Shown here piece by piece: positions 24,880 to 38,670 of a stretch of DNA of 64,000 nt; within the stretch, counting starts at the first letter, position 1; the number at the start of each line of letters is the position of its first letter. Both the position numbers and the translations under genes were made by a program. This DNA is from the human T2T-CHM13v2.0 reference genome, Homo sapiens, in the NCBI RefSeq assembly GCF_009914755.1, contig NC_060929.1; one strand, written 5' to 3'. The notes below the pieces were generated by a model. It made no database searches. It had not been told where the DNA came from and worked only from the letters and a program-made list of their open reading frames with translations.

Positions 24880-26230
24880 ACATTCACTCATACATTCGTG
24901 CTTTCAATCCACAAATATTTATTATATGCTTAATATGTGGGAGAAACTGTTCTGCCTACTGGAGATATAGAAATGTATAAAACAGAGAAAGCCTTTGCTT
25001 TCATGTCACTTATATTCTATAGTGGGAAAGGACAGGCAAAAAACAAGTAAATGGAAGTATAACAGGTCAGGTAAAAATAAGGGCTGTGAAGGAAAAATAA
25101 ATAGGGTAAAACTAGCTGGGGGTGAGAGGAGAGGCAGAGAGAGAGAGAAATCGATCTTGAGAGAAAGGGAATGAGCATGTGTGTGTGTGTGTGTGTGTGT
25201 GAGATATTTTACATAGGAAGGCCAGGAAAGGATTCTCTGGTGAAGAAACATTTGAATGATGGATGTGATAAGACGCAATTGGATTCCTGATATTTTTAGG
25301 AGGTGAAGCCCAAAGGATGTACCATAGAATTGTAAGAATGATATGAGAGAAAGAAGGAAATTGAGGATGGCTCCAATGTTTTTGTCGAGTCTCTAGGAGA
25401 ACAGAGTTCCCTCTTATTTCCTAGGCTGGAGAAGAATACTGCACAAACAGGGCTTTTTTTTTAGGAGGGAAATCAACAGGTCTGTTTTGAGATCTCTACT
25501 ATGCATCTGATTGGAAAGGTTGGCTAGGAAGTTGGATGTACAAGTCTGCATTTTAGGTGAGAGATTGGAGTTGGATATAGAAATTAAATCAATGATATAT
25601 AAGCCCATAGGAGTGGATGAGATCACTTACGAGCAAGTATATGTTAAGGAGAAGACTGATTCCTGGGCTTCAATATTTACAGTTTAGGAAGATGATAAGG
25701 AAGCAGCAGGGAGTCTGAGACTGCAAGGGAGAGGGAAACAGAGAGAAAGAGTGGGTTTTGAGGCCAAGACAAGAAATCCCTTCAGGAAGGATGGAGCAAT
25801 CATCTGTCAGTGTTGCTGAGGGCTGCAGTGGGAAGAGGCCTGCAAAGGCATGACTGGACTCTGCAATGTGGTGGTCATTGTTGACTCTCACAAGAGCAAT
25901 TTTGGTGGCATGATAGAAAGTGCAAATCAGAGGAGAGGTGGTGACAGTGAGTGTGGATGACACTTTCAAGGCATTTTTCTGAAAAGAGGAGCAGGTGATG
26001 GGGCAGCGGGTGAAGGAAGATACAGGCTCATGAGATCAGTGTTTAAAATGAGATGATTTATAGCATGTGTGTGGACTGCAAAACGTGATCCTGTAGAGAG
26101 AAAAACCTTGGTGCTGACAAAGTAGGAACAAGTGCAGGAGTGATGTGCTTGAGTAAGAGAGAGGGGAGATGACCCAGCTTAAAGTGGAGGCTTGGCCTTA
26201 GATGAAAGCAGGGATAATTCATGTATTGTA
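24880..26230 (-). mobile_element. L2 (long fragment) with internal (TG)n at about 25178-25201
   Basis: caaatatttatt, gaagttggatgtacaagtctg, ggatgagatcac, gtggtcattgttgactctcacaagagcaattttggtgg. Confidence 0.8.
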
Positions 26231-26579
26231 CATAAAATTCAAAAAATATGTTTCAGACATAAAGCAATATCAAACAATGTAAGGTTTTTGTCTTCCTTAA
26301 TTCTCACAATAACTCCTTGAGTTGAGCATTACTATTTCCATGTTACAGACAAATGCTGTGTGCACTTGGAAAAGACTTTAAATGTAGGTGTGCATTTATA
26401 AGATGAGAATGATGGATGAGAAAATGAGTAGTCAGGGAAAGCTGTGGGTGGAGGTGCATTTGACGTGGGCTGTGAAGAGTGGGTTGGTTCTAAATATGTG
26501 AAAGGGACTGAGAAGAGAATTTCAAACACATGAAAAATAAGAATCCATAAATATGAAAAAGGTACAAAATATAGTAGTA

Positions 26580-26855
26580 ATGAACCCATTCTTAGCATGT
26601 ACCCTGGAACTAGACTGCATGGGTTCTAATCCTAGCCCTTGCATTTAACAGCTGTGTGAACTTAGACTACTTAACTTGTCTGTGACTCGGTTTTCTCATG
26701 GATAAAATGAGGATAACAGTGTTGACCTTATAGAATTGTTAGGGATAAACACACACACACACACACGCATCCATACCTACATTGATATACACACGGTGAA
26801 ATTGTGCCTAGCAAATAGTATGCATCCTATGTTTTACTTATTCTTGTATTATTAT
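26580..26855 (+). mobile_element. MIR with internal (AC)n
   Basis: agactgcatgggttctaatcctagc...gctgtgtgaactt...ttttctcatggataaaatgagg. Confidence 0.75.
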
Positions 26856-27244
26856 TATTTATAATATAACAAAGAATTAGAAAAATATGATGTTATTTTT
26901 CCCTCTGTGTGTGTGTGTGTAGATTTCCAGCAAACATGCTTCCGGGTGTCACTGGAAGATACTTGCTTTAAGATATGTCCTCCTCTTGAAGGAGCATTGT
27001 TGATAGAATATGGGTCAGTTTGTTTATTCACTCTCCCCACCCTCCCATTGAGTCCTTCATTTAAGAAGGATTTCTTGAGCATCTACTCAGAGTCAAGCTC
27101 TGCACTAAACCGGGATGCCAAGACTGAAGATGAGTAGGGCAGAATTCCTGTGCCCAAGTAGCTTCTGGCCACTCAGGAGACAGACATGTAAATAGACTGT
27201 TTCAATGTAATCCAAAGGCTGTTCTCATACTCAGAAGGAAATGT

Positions 27245-27480
27245 GCAGTGTGATATAAAGATTAAGAGTACCAATTTCGGATTCAGAGAGTTTGGACTTG
27301 AGTCTTGGCTCTACCACTTCACTAGCTGTGGTTCTGAATAGGTTGCGTCTGAGTCAGTTTCCTCATCTATAACATGGAGACAATGGCGTTTAATAAGACT
27401 GTTGTGAGGAGTGAATGAGATGGGACAGGCACAGCCCTTAGCACACAGCCAGTGGTCCACAGGGTTCATGGTGCTGAAGC
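27245..27480 (+). mobile_element. MIR
   Basis: ggctctaccacttcactagctgtg...cagtttcctcatctataacatgg...gttgtgagga. Confidence 0.8.
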
Positions 27481-27763
27481 TGCTTCTTATTTCTTCTTTC
27501 CAGTCTCCTTGTGGTTTGTGTGACTCATAATAACAACTTCATTTTTGGAGTTGTTGAAGACATCTTCCTAGAAAGACTTGACTCAAGCTGAGTTTTCAAG
27601 CATGGGTAGAGAATAGCAGCATGGAAATGAGATAAAGACAATTTCGGGAAAGGAAGAAGCACGTGGCAAGTCACAGTACCCTTGTCCCTTTAGGAAAAGA
27701 AAGCGTCCCTACTGATTTCTTAGATAACAATAACAGGCCCTCCAGTGCCTGGTGCCAAATTAG

Positions 27764-28063
<300 letters not shown>

Positions 28064-28384
28064 TAGATGAATCCTCCCCTACCAAGGGGAAGGAGTTATG
28101 TGCTTCCTTAATGAGGTCCACAGAGAAGGAAAGACAGTCCAATCCTCTTTGCAAAACCCTGATTATGGATCTGCACTATTTGGTTGCCCTGGCTTCTGTT
28201 TGTATCTTCTTATTTCAAGTTAAAGAACATTATAATAAAACTAGTTCCTTAAAGTATGCTTACAGAAAGCTCCCCAAGCCACAATGATGAAAACAATTTT
28301 CATGCATGTAGGAGTGAATGCTTTTCAGAATATTTTTCACATATGGTTTTGGAAATTTATCCATACAACAGCCTTGGTATTTGT

Positions 28385-28920
28385 CATCTTTCATTCAACA
28401 AAAATTTACTAAGCACCTATAATGTGCCTGGTATTGTTCTGGTTCTGGAGGTACAACAGTTACATGTGGGTCCTGCTTCCAGTACAGCAGGGAGACAGAG
28501 ACTAACAAAACAGTCACATTGGTTTGCTCATAATGACAAATTAGGGTAAGTGCTTTGAAGTAAGAAACCCAGTTCTTTAAAAGCTGTGATCAGCTGAGCA
28601 TCAGGATGGCTTCTGAGCTTGAGCTGAGAGTTGAAGGTTGGAATTAACAAGGCAATGGGGCAGAAGGAAAAGAAAAGCAGCCCAAAAGTCTATGGTGGAA
28701 GGGAGAATTTTGAGGAACCAAAGAAGGCCTGTGTGTCTGGGGACCAGGCAAGATGGAGTATGTTTGACCTCAGGCAGGAGAGTCGGGCGGGGCTCAGAAT
28801 ATGCAGGCCCCGCTTGCCATGGAAACCATAGAGAGGTTTTAAATGTGAGTGTTTGTGTTTTAGAGTGTGGGGTGGTAAGATAATCATATTTTTAAAAATT
28901 ATTCTGACTGCTACATGGAG
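28385..28920 (-). mobile_element. L2
   Basis: ttcattcaacaaaaatttactaagcacctataatgtgcctgg...ttgagctgaga. Confidence 0.75.
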
Positions 28921-29149
28921 AACCAAATCTCCTCTAATGTATGAAAAAGCAGGCGTGAGGGCTCAGAGTGAGGGAGGGGAAGAAAAAGGAACCAATAGTT
29001 GTGAACCACATATTGTTGATTTACCCTATATACAAATGTGTTACTATATATAATGTGCTTAGATAATGCCTTTGATACACTAAATACAAGTGAACGCTGG
29101 TTATTACTATTATTATTATCACCCTGCTATGTCATTTTGAATGTATTTT

Positions 29150-29280
29150 TTTGCAACTATCCTGTGGAGTATTGTTACCTATATTTTTAAATGAGGAAAC
29201 TAAGCCTCAGAGAGGTTAAATAAGTTCTCAATATCTCTCATTTGACATGTAACAGAGCTAAGATTCAAAACCTATGGCCT
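29150..29280 (-). mobile_element. MIR
   Basis: atgaggaaactaagcctcagagaggttaaataa. Confidence 0.75.
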
Positions 29281-29621
29281 TCCTGCATTAAAAAAAAAAA
29301 ACACACGCGCACACAAAAAAAGCAAACAAAACAAAACAAACAAACAAAAACAATGACAAGGAGAAGTTGGGAAGACAAGCCAAGTTTTCTAATTAGGATG
29401 GTTCTATCCCCTAAGAAGCCCAGAAATTGTTGAAGCTCTTAAATTAGTTCTAGAGTTTCTCTTAAGGAGATTGTTTGGGCTATTTGTATTTATTTGACTT
29501 TCACAGAGATATTCACACACTATTCATTCTGCACTTTTTCAAATTAATAAAATGTGAAGTTCACAGCCATATTTTTTTTCTAGCACAGACTACAGGGTGA
29601 CACGATTGCCAACAATATAAA

Positions 29622-29645
29622 CACACACACACACACACACACACA
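29622..29645. repeat. (AC)n microsatellite
   Basis: About 12 AC units. Confidence 0.9.
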
Positions 29646-32600
29646 ACCTCAGATGTATACTGATCACTTTTTTCCCCAGACAAACTTTAAGTAAGTGTAA
29701 CCAGTTTCTGGTGGCAAAGTGATGTGTTTGAGGAAACCACTCATTGCTTAAGGTAATGTGAAAAATAAAGCAAACTTCAATATCTAAGAAAACACGTGGG
29801 GCATGGGACTCAAAAACAGACGGCACCTATCATGTGTGGAGCATTACAAAGAACTTTATTCAGTGGTAACAGTTCATCTCAACATCCTTGTTATAGATAA
29901 AACTGGGCATAGAGCAATCAAGTGACCTGGCACTGCTTTCTTGGTACCTTGGTACATAACCCATGTCTTTTCCACTATGTCCCAGAGCCTCCTCCACGAT
30001 GTTAATGTTTGGCAAATGCCATTTTCCTTACCCATTGTCTTTATTAGGTTTACAACAAATTTAAATACATGCCTTTCCACCCTCCCACCCTGAAATCTGG
30101 TGATAGTGGGTGAAGCAGAAATTGTTTTGACATAAGCAAAATGAGGTTTCCATTTTAATGAAATAAATCAGTGAAATTTAATTTTCACAAACAACTTTAA
30201 AAGTTCTTGTTGTAGCAGGTTTTTTTCTATATGATATAGAATGTTTCGTTTAATTAATACACAAGACAGCAACTGAGTAGACCAAGTGTTTAAATTTTCA
30301 AAGTCTAAGCAGGCAGGAGAGGACAGGAGGACCAATCAGAAATACAAAAGTCATCTAGGCAGTTTCTCTATGGCTTTAGATCTTTAGTATTTGAAAAGTT
30401 CTCCTGGAGATTTTAGTCCATGCCATTTTTTCATTCCTCTCCTCCCCTCAATATGGATAAGGACTTACTAAGTTTTTCTCCACGAGGAAGAAAAGATTTC
30501 TCAGTGGACCATTTCCTTTTGCCACCAATAAATTTTTAAAGGGAAATGTCCAACTGTAAAAAAAAAGTCCATGAGATATCAATGTCTATGAAAAATACCA
30601 CCCTCAGTCTCAATTCAAGGGTGATCCCAAATGTCTACTCCCTTCCCTGAAGGTATGGATAAAAAATTACCTTATGATATAATACAAGCTTCCTTCATTA
30701 TAAACACACAGCCCCCAGTCTCAGGATTCTACCTGGAGGATGAAAACAAGAGTGGGTTTTCAGAACAGGCTGGTCGCCAGCTCAGTTCCAAGAGAGTGTG
30801 GCTAGACATGAGTTGGAGTCACAACACCTCAGCATCCTCAACCCTTTTCAATCAAATGCCACTAGTAGGACAATCCTTAAGCCTGAAAAATGTCCAGCCA
30901 GTTGCTTTTCTTGAAATTGTTCTTTTTCTAGGATATGTCAGATCTAAAACACAGGCACATCACATATAGAAGGTATACAACCAGCTTCTGACTATAGAAA
31001 TGTGGAATTCTGCAGTGCTTAGTTGAAAGGGAATTGCCAGAATGTTTACAAGGCACACATACACGTATGCATAGCATGCTAGGTTAGAAGGCAGCAGAGA
31101 AGGTCCCCAGAAAAAAACAGGAAATGGGGAAGGTGTAGAAGGCTCAGCCTACCCTCTCTTTAAAGCATTAACTTAGGACCCCCAGAAACCACATTTCATG
31201 TAAGTGCTGAAAGTCAGCTGTGTTCTTACTGCTCTGTAACCCAAGTACAGACTCCAAGTGAACCAATCCAACAATCAACACTCCACAGTGATGTACTAAG
31301 CTAATTCTACTTTGCTAATTGCTTTCTTGGGCATGCACCAAGTTATCAAACAGACAGTGACAAAACAGAGAGCTCGGACAGATGTATGTGGCAGCACCTA
31401 CTGATTTTTGTTTTCTTGACACTGGTTCCAATGACTTGTTTGCATGTTAAATGAAACAAGGAAAATTGGCAAAATATTTCTGAGTTATTTTCTAATTAGC
31501 TGTGTCAGCTTTGAGATTACCTCTGCAACATTATTCTGTTCTTCAGAAAACACTTCCCTTTCCTTGTACAAGACAGACTGATTTCAGAAGCAGATCTAAG
31601 TCTGTTGGATACAAGCTTTTGCCAGGAATGACAGTCACCTAGTAGCTACAGAAAGCAGCATCAGCAGAACCCATGGGAAGTCAGACACCAGCCCACTTTT
31701 CCCACCCACCCAGACACTCTCCCTCTCTGGTCTGTACCTTCTGTGTGGCAGCTGGAAGAAAGGATGGTGTTCGGAGGTCTGAAGATGTAAGGCAGGTAAC
31801 GAGAGAAGCATTTCATCTTCCAAATAAAAAATAAAAATCTAAATAAAAAAACAGTCTCCTGAATCCATAAGGATTCTCTCGGCCTTTTAAGCTGGCTACA
31901 TCACCAATATGTTTATGTAGGTTCTTTCCCAGATTTGCAAAGCTGGGGTGCCCGAGGAATAACTGGAGATGGGTCCCATTTTGCCATCAGCGCCAGGAAG
32001 CACTGCCTTACATTTCTGCATGCAGCTCAAACTCAGAAGCCCCCAAGCAAGCCGGGATATAGCCTCTTCATTGGCTGAAGCTCCTCTGAGCAGGATTTGC
32101 TGAGTAAGTCAGTCCTGCCTGTAAACACACGCTGAAATGCTCTGCCTGAAACCTCTACCTTTTCCCGTGTGGTGAGTTTCTCTTTTCGCAAGAGAAATCC
32201 AGCAGGATATGGGAGTAGTGAGGATAAGTGACCATCTCTTATTTAGCTGAAAGATCAGATGAAACAAAGACAGCATAGTGTTCTGCCCTGGAGAGAGATG
32301 GCTGTTAAAAGGAGCCACCCGTAATGCCATGGATCTCAGGAATATTAAAGTACAGTGCAATGAAATGGGTCTCTGTCCTTGCTTAATCTAGATTTAGTTC
32401 TATTTTTTAAAATACTAAAGCCCAAACAATAGGACCATTTATCATTTAGGTGAAGCCAAAAGCTGGATTGAGTAGTCGGTGACAGAGGGCTAACACAGAT
32501 AGATTCTGTGCTCCACTACTGCCTCTTTCTTCCCCTGCCAGCCTTAACAGTGAAGCAATAACTTAGTTCTGAGTTATTCACTCTCCAAATAGAAAGCCAC

Positions 32601-32739
32601 AACGCAAGAATAGAGACTAAACCCAAAGGAACTGACCCTTCATCAATCTGTGAACCCTGATGGCATTAAAAAACATGGAAAAACTAAGTTGATACAAGGA
32701 TTACACAACTTTACCAAAACTCTCACTGAGATTTCAAAT

Positions 32740-32790
32740 GAGAGAGAGAGAGAAAAAGAGAGACAGAGGCAGAGACAGAGACAGATAGAC
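32740..32790. repeat. (GA)n-rich repeat
   Basis: gagagagagagag...agacagagacagagac. Confidence 0.8.
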
Positions 32791-33514
32791 TGATATTATT
32801 TAAGGACATGACCCACCACAAGATATAAGTAATTTGGGATGGGGAATTGGTTTGGTTTTGGTCCATGAAATAATAATGACTTTGGAAACCTTATCACTGG
32901 AAGGCAAGAAAGCACAGGGCTTCAGTTTGGGGTTTATAAGTTCTGTCAAAGACACTATTGTATATAATGAAGAGAAAGAGTCAAATGTCCTTCATGCTGC
33001 ATTCAGAGGCACAAGGAAATGATTTAAATGTCTATAAAAGAAAACCAACATTTCCCTGAGAAAGATTTTTAAAAATAAAATAAAAGTGTGCCTTGAAAAT
33101 CTGATGGAATAATTTTTAAGCCTTTATGGGCTCTCTTCCTTACAAAAATATTTAACTCAGCATTGGAGAAATGTGCTGGTCTCCCCAGGAGGGAAAAAAC
33201 AAAGTCATTAGAGTGCCAGGACAGACCATGGTCATGTCAATCCATTCCCCCACCAGTATGCCACTTCTCTGGCCCTTGGACTACTATGGCATGGTGACAA
33301 ACTGCTGGCAGTGTCGGGCCATTTAGTTCTGCAATAATCATATTACCTCCTTAGACCCAGGGACTTGGCAAGGTAGGGCCATCCTAAGTAAGGTGCTGTT
33401 TAAACAGTGCCTAAGTGGTCTGGTTTGTTTTTGTGGGTAATTTCAAACTAGTGACAGAAGACTATATGCAGGAGTGTCTCCCTAAGAGATACTTCATATC
33501 TAACCTCTGGCCAG

Positions 33515-33760
33515 CAGTGAGGGAGTAGAAGGAGTGTGGGCTTTGGGTTCAACCTGACCCTGACAGTTTGTATCCCAGTGCATTCACTTAATGGCCAGGT
33601 AGAAATGAACAAATTTTAACACTGCAAACCTCAGTTTCTCCTTCTATAAAATGGGAAGAATAACAAGGTTTTCCTCATGTATTCTTGAAAGAAGTGAGAC
33701 AATAGGCATAGAGATCTGGCACATTGCAGGCACGTGATAAACTACCAATGTTGCTGCTGT
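33515..33760 (+). mobile_element. MIR
   Basis: cctcagtttctccttctataaaatggg...ctggcacattgcaggcac. Confidence 0.75.
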
Positions 33761-33819
33761 TAGCCTTCTCTGAGCTTCTATGCCATACACCAACCTAAGA
33801 GTAGCTGAAGAGGAGATGT

Positions 33820-34055
33820 GCTTAAGAGGAGTGAGGCTGCAGTTAGACAGCCAGGGTTTAATCCTGCCTTTGACATTGACTTGCTGTGTGATCTTGGGCA
33901 ACTTACTTAACATATTTTAGCCTCATTACAGGCCTAACAAGGATAATAATAGAGTCTTAAACGACACTGTTGAGGATATGATAGGATAGTTCATATAAAG
34001 GGCTTAGCTCAGTGTCTAGCACATTGTAAGTGCTTCCTAATTTTAATTACTATTG
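33820..34055 (+). mobile_element. MIR
   Basis: gctgtgtgatcttgggcaacttacttaac...cttagctcagtgtctagcacattgtaagtgct. Confidence 0.8.
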
Positions 34056-34089
34056 TCTATAACAGTAGTATCAGCCCTTAATTACAGCA

Positions 34090-34255
34090 TATTACTTTAT
34101 TTACTTACCTATCTTATCTAAATAATGAAAGTACAAACTCTTGAGAGGGAGATCAACGTCTAATTCATCTTTATATCCCTACTGCCTCACCTAGTGCCTG
34201 CACAAAGTAGATAGTAAATATTAGGTGAGTAAGTGAATCGATGAATGGATAAATC
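34090..34255 (+). mobile_element. L2 3' end
   Basis: aactcttgagaggg...ctagtgcctgcacaaagtag...gaatggat. Confidence 0.65.
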
Positions 34256-34934
34256 AATATATATGGGTAAAGCTTCTGGAAGATATTTTATACTTTTTAT
34301 GTGGACGTGAAGGTCCTTTACAGCACAAATGAAGTGGATTTGAGCCTATCATAAAGCTGGAATATATCATTCAAACAAAGGCATTATGGAATTTATAGAT
34401 AGACATGCTTCAACTTTAATTGTGTATTTCAGTCTTAAATAAATGGTAGGCACTTAGCGAATACTTTCTAAGTCAATAGTAGGCACTCAGTAATTACTTC
34501 CTGAGTGAAAAAAATACTCACTGAGGATGCTGGCCATAGCTATCTTCAAAGAACTCAATAAATACAAAACAGAACAAACAAAATGTGTCTTCTCCATTAG
34601 AAGCAAAATAAACAATGGGACTAGAACTCAAGTCCCAAATAGGCCTCTCCAAACCAGCCAATATCTCTTGACCTCAATTGAAAATATGTTTTCAATTGAA
34701 ATCTAAAATGATTGATTTAGTGTAAGGCCTAGGCACCTATCTACCCACATGCAGAATGGGCAAGAGGCAGAGAGAACAAATTTGAAATTTCTTTGGACAG
34801 TGAATCTGCTGCAGGTAGTTTGCACTGCACCATTTGAACTGTTTCAGTGTGCTTCTTGTCTCTTTGATTCTCTCAGCAATCCCATTTTATAGAAGAGAAA
34901 ACAGGCTGAGGGAATATAATAATTTATCCACAGG

Positions 34935-35067
34935 AGATCTCATATTTCCACACTGGAATCACCTGATGAGCTAATGAAGAATGCAGATTTCACAGTCCTC
35001 AAGCCAATGGATCCAGATTCCCTGGGGATAAGAAGTGATTCTTCCTTTAAAGTTTGAGAACCTCTGG
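34935..35067. mobile_element. MER5A-like relic
   Basis: ggaatcacctg...aatgcagatt...aaagtttgagaacctctg. Confidence 0.6.
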
Positions 35068-36417
35068 AGTAAGATGTTTAATTTCATGCTCTGGCTTGAC
35101 AAGTTTGGGTAACGGAAAGTTTTCCAAATACGCTTGTCCTAAATCATGTATCCAACAATTTATTGCCACCCTGACGATATATCAGGCTGAGTGATGGCAA
35201 CATAGGATATGAGATACCACCCCTGCTCTAAAGAAGTGCATATTCCAGAAAAAAGAAAGACTAATGAACTGTTTTAATAAAGCCACATATGGGCTATGAC
35301 AGCAGGAAGAGGATACGAAAAGATTCTTTGGGATTATAAAGCCCCAAAAAGTCAATGTTACAGATCCATGCTTTTGCATTAGGCATTATTTATAAAAAAT
35401 GAAAAGAAACACCTCCTGTTAAAAGGCAATTATCTTACTGGGAGGCATAGCAAATGAAGAGTTAGCAGTCATTAACTCTGTAAGTGGCATTAGTCTCGGA
35501 TATACCTAGTGTCATCACAGATAAGAGCAGGGTCACCAGGAGAGGAATGGTGTCATTATAAGGAGAAGGGAGGATCTAAAGCAATGGCAGAGGTTTCTGG
35601 AGGGAGAGCTCAAGAGCAGAAAGAGGTCTCTGAAAGGGAAACCAGCAGCCTCAGAGAAAGGAAAGATAAAGGTGACCCATTTAGGTGCCATGTGAGAAGG
35701 CCCCTTGAGTGTGGCAGAGCAGAGTCCAGTGACAAGAAATTTCTCCAGATGATTTCCGCATGTCAGGTTCTGACAGTGGCAAACAAGCAATTAATTGGGA
35801 GTTTCTTGAGTGCTGTGCTCTGAACTAGGCTGCTCTAAGCTTTTCTTTAGACTGACCTCCTGGGAGAGCAGAAGCAACCATTTCTGCCCTGCCAAGTCCA
35901 GCTAGAGCCCCTGCCTTGGGGCCAATAGACTTGGAGTCTCCTAACTGCCTGTTTTCACTGGTTCCAGTCCTGTTGCCTACCTCACTGAAGCCCACGTCTT
36001 ACAGAAAAGTTACCCTGATAATTCTCTCTTTGTATGTTTTTACAACCTCTTTTGGGGGAAGTTTCATCCTCACAGTTTTTCATTTTGCTATGAAAGAAAC
36101 TAAATCCCAGGAAAAAAAAATTAGCTTATTTAATATTAATCAGGATGAGCCTGCCCAGGTTTTTACTTTTAAGTCAAAGCAAAGCAAATTCCTACTCATT
36201 CTTCTAATCTTAAATAAAGTGCCATATCTCCAGGGAGAGGTTTCTTGATGCCTCAGACTGGATCAAATCCCCCTCTTACAGACTCCCACATACCATGTTC
36301 CTCTTTTAAAATACTCCTTCATTATTGAGCATATTTATTGAATACTTACTTAGGCCAGGCACTGTGCATGGTGCCAAGGAATCAATAGTAAACATGACAG
36401 ATAAAATACCTACTCTC

Positions 36418-36745
<328 letters not shown>

Positions 36746-37139
36746 TGAAAACCTACTCCTCTCTTCTTCGGGTATAATAACCATTCCCAACATATACAGC
36801 TCCTGAGCTGCTGTGAGGATCAAATGAGGTAATCCAATAAAGTGCTTAGAATTCTTTGATAATTGCTGTTTAGTATCTGACACCCTGGCCAGACCCTAAG
36901 TTGCAAGAAGGTAAAAATTGGACTTTTTTTATGCTGAATTCTGAGATCAAAGTTTGCTGCCTGAAGCATAAGAGGAGTTTGATAAGTACATGCTGGATTG
37001 AATTGAGCTGAATTGAGTTGAACTGAATAAAGAAAATTCTGACAATTTCCATCACACTTCCTACACCCACTAGCCAGTGTGTGAAATTCACAACTTGTTA
37101 AATTCTGACCTGAAAGAAAGAGGATCCTCTTTGTGGTTA

Positions 37140-37450
37140 GTTCATTTACCCATTCATTCATACAATATAATCTTTTTTAGCAGCTATTAAATGCCAGGCA
37201 CTCTTCTAGGTGTTGAGGATACAGCAGTAAATAATATATTAAGGTTTAGCTCTTTGAGTTTATATTCTCAAAGAAAGAGGTAGGTAATAAACAAACATTA
37301 CATGAACAAGGTTATTTTAGGTGGTGAAAAGTAGAATGAAGGAAATAAAGTGGGACATGGATTAGAGAGTGACTGCTTTGCTTGATGGTCAGGGAAGGCT
37401 TCTTGGAGGAGGTGACATTTGAGCTGAAAATTAAAGACAAATTAATGGCC
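37140..37450 (-). mobile_element. L2
   Basis: tgccaggcactcttctaggtg...gtcagggaaggcttcttggaggaggtgacatttgagctga. Confidence 0.8.
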
Positions 37451-38099
37451 AAGGAATGGGTTTGGCCCTCTCATTTACCCCACTGTAGCCTGCAATTTAT
37501 CCTCACCGAGATTTCCTCTTCTAATTTAACTAACTACCTACAGATTTTAAAAATAATTTATTTAACATTTGTTTCACTGCTTTAATATAAGCTCTACAGG
37601 GACACAGGGTATGTTGTCTTTCTCGCTCATTGCATCCCTTAGACCTAGCAGAGCAGTCAGGAGTGACTTGATTCATATTTCTGATTGGCAGTCTGGACTG
37701 ATGATTCAGCCAGCTCTCTTGGCATGTTATTAAAGCAAGAGAGAGGTGGGAAGCTACAGATAAGACTGAAGAGGACTTTGAAGATGGGGGTCGGCTCCAT
37801 TTAGAGCAGCTGCTACCATGCAGCAGGGGAAGAAAAAAAGCCCAGTGCCTCACAACAGAAGATTTTGGCTCTCATTAAAAAGAACGAAAGAAGGAAAAGC
37901 ACAATAAAGCCAAGCATGTTTTGCACCAAATTTTATATAGTAACTCTCATAGTACCTAGAAAGAGTAGACAAATAAAATCTCTTAATTTATAAAGAGAAG
38001 TCAGAGCAGGTAGGCAACAGGATTTTTGTTTGTTTGTTTGTTTGTTTTTTGGTTCTGAGCCATGGAAACATGATTTGATTTTAATAGATGATGATAATA

Positions 38100-38420
38100 C
38101 AGTCATGTGCCATAATGACATTTCAGTCAACTGTGGACTGCAAATATGAAGGTGTCCCCGTAAGATTATAATACCATATTTTTCCTGGACCTTTTCTATG
38201 TTTAGATATGTTTGGATACACAAATGCTTATCATTGTGTTACAACTGCCCAGAGTACTCAGGACCATGACATTCAGGACTGTACAGCCTTGTAGCCTAGG
38301 AGCAATAGGCTGTACCATCTAGGTTTGTGTAAGTGCACTCTAGGATGTTTGCACAATGACAAAATTGCCTAATATTACTCTTCTCAGAATGTTTCCCCAT
38401 CATCAAGTGATGCATGACGG
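38100..38420. mobile_element. Tigger3a (MER7A) DNA transposon
   Basis: ta|cagtcatgtgc...tgcatgacgg|ta, terminal inverted repeats plus TA TSD; same internal motifs as the copy at 21300. Confidence 0.92.
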
Positions 38421-38489
38421 TAGTAGTAATAAGAGCAACCACCAAATCTATATTCATCTGAGTTCTTCATTCATCTGAGGATTCATTCA

Positions 38490-38670
38490 ACTGAGTAGGT
38501 TCCAGTTACTCTGCTAAGTGCTACACCTAGAATATCTCATTGAATCCTCCTGAAAAACCTAAAATACATATCATTATTTTATCTGTTTATAGATGAGGAA
38601 GTTTACACAGAGACATTAAATAAAGTCAACTGCAAGCAAGTGGAGGAGGTAACATTCCAGTACAGGCTTT
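38490..38670 (-). mobile_element. MIR
   Basis: atctcattgaatcctc...tttatagatgaggaa. Confidence 0.6.

Noticed and set aside
35509-35823. 104-aa charged ORF
   Set aside because: GTG start, purine-biased composition, no known motif and no convincing flanking splice sites.
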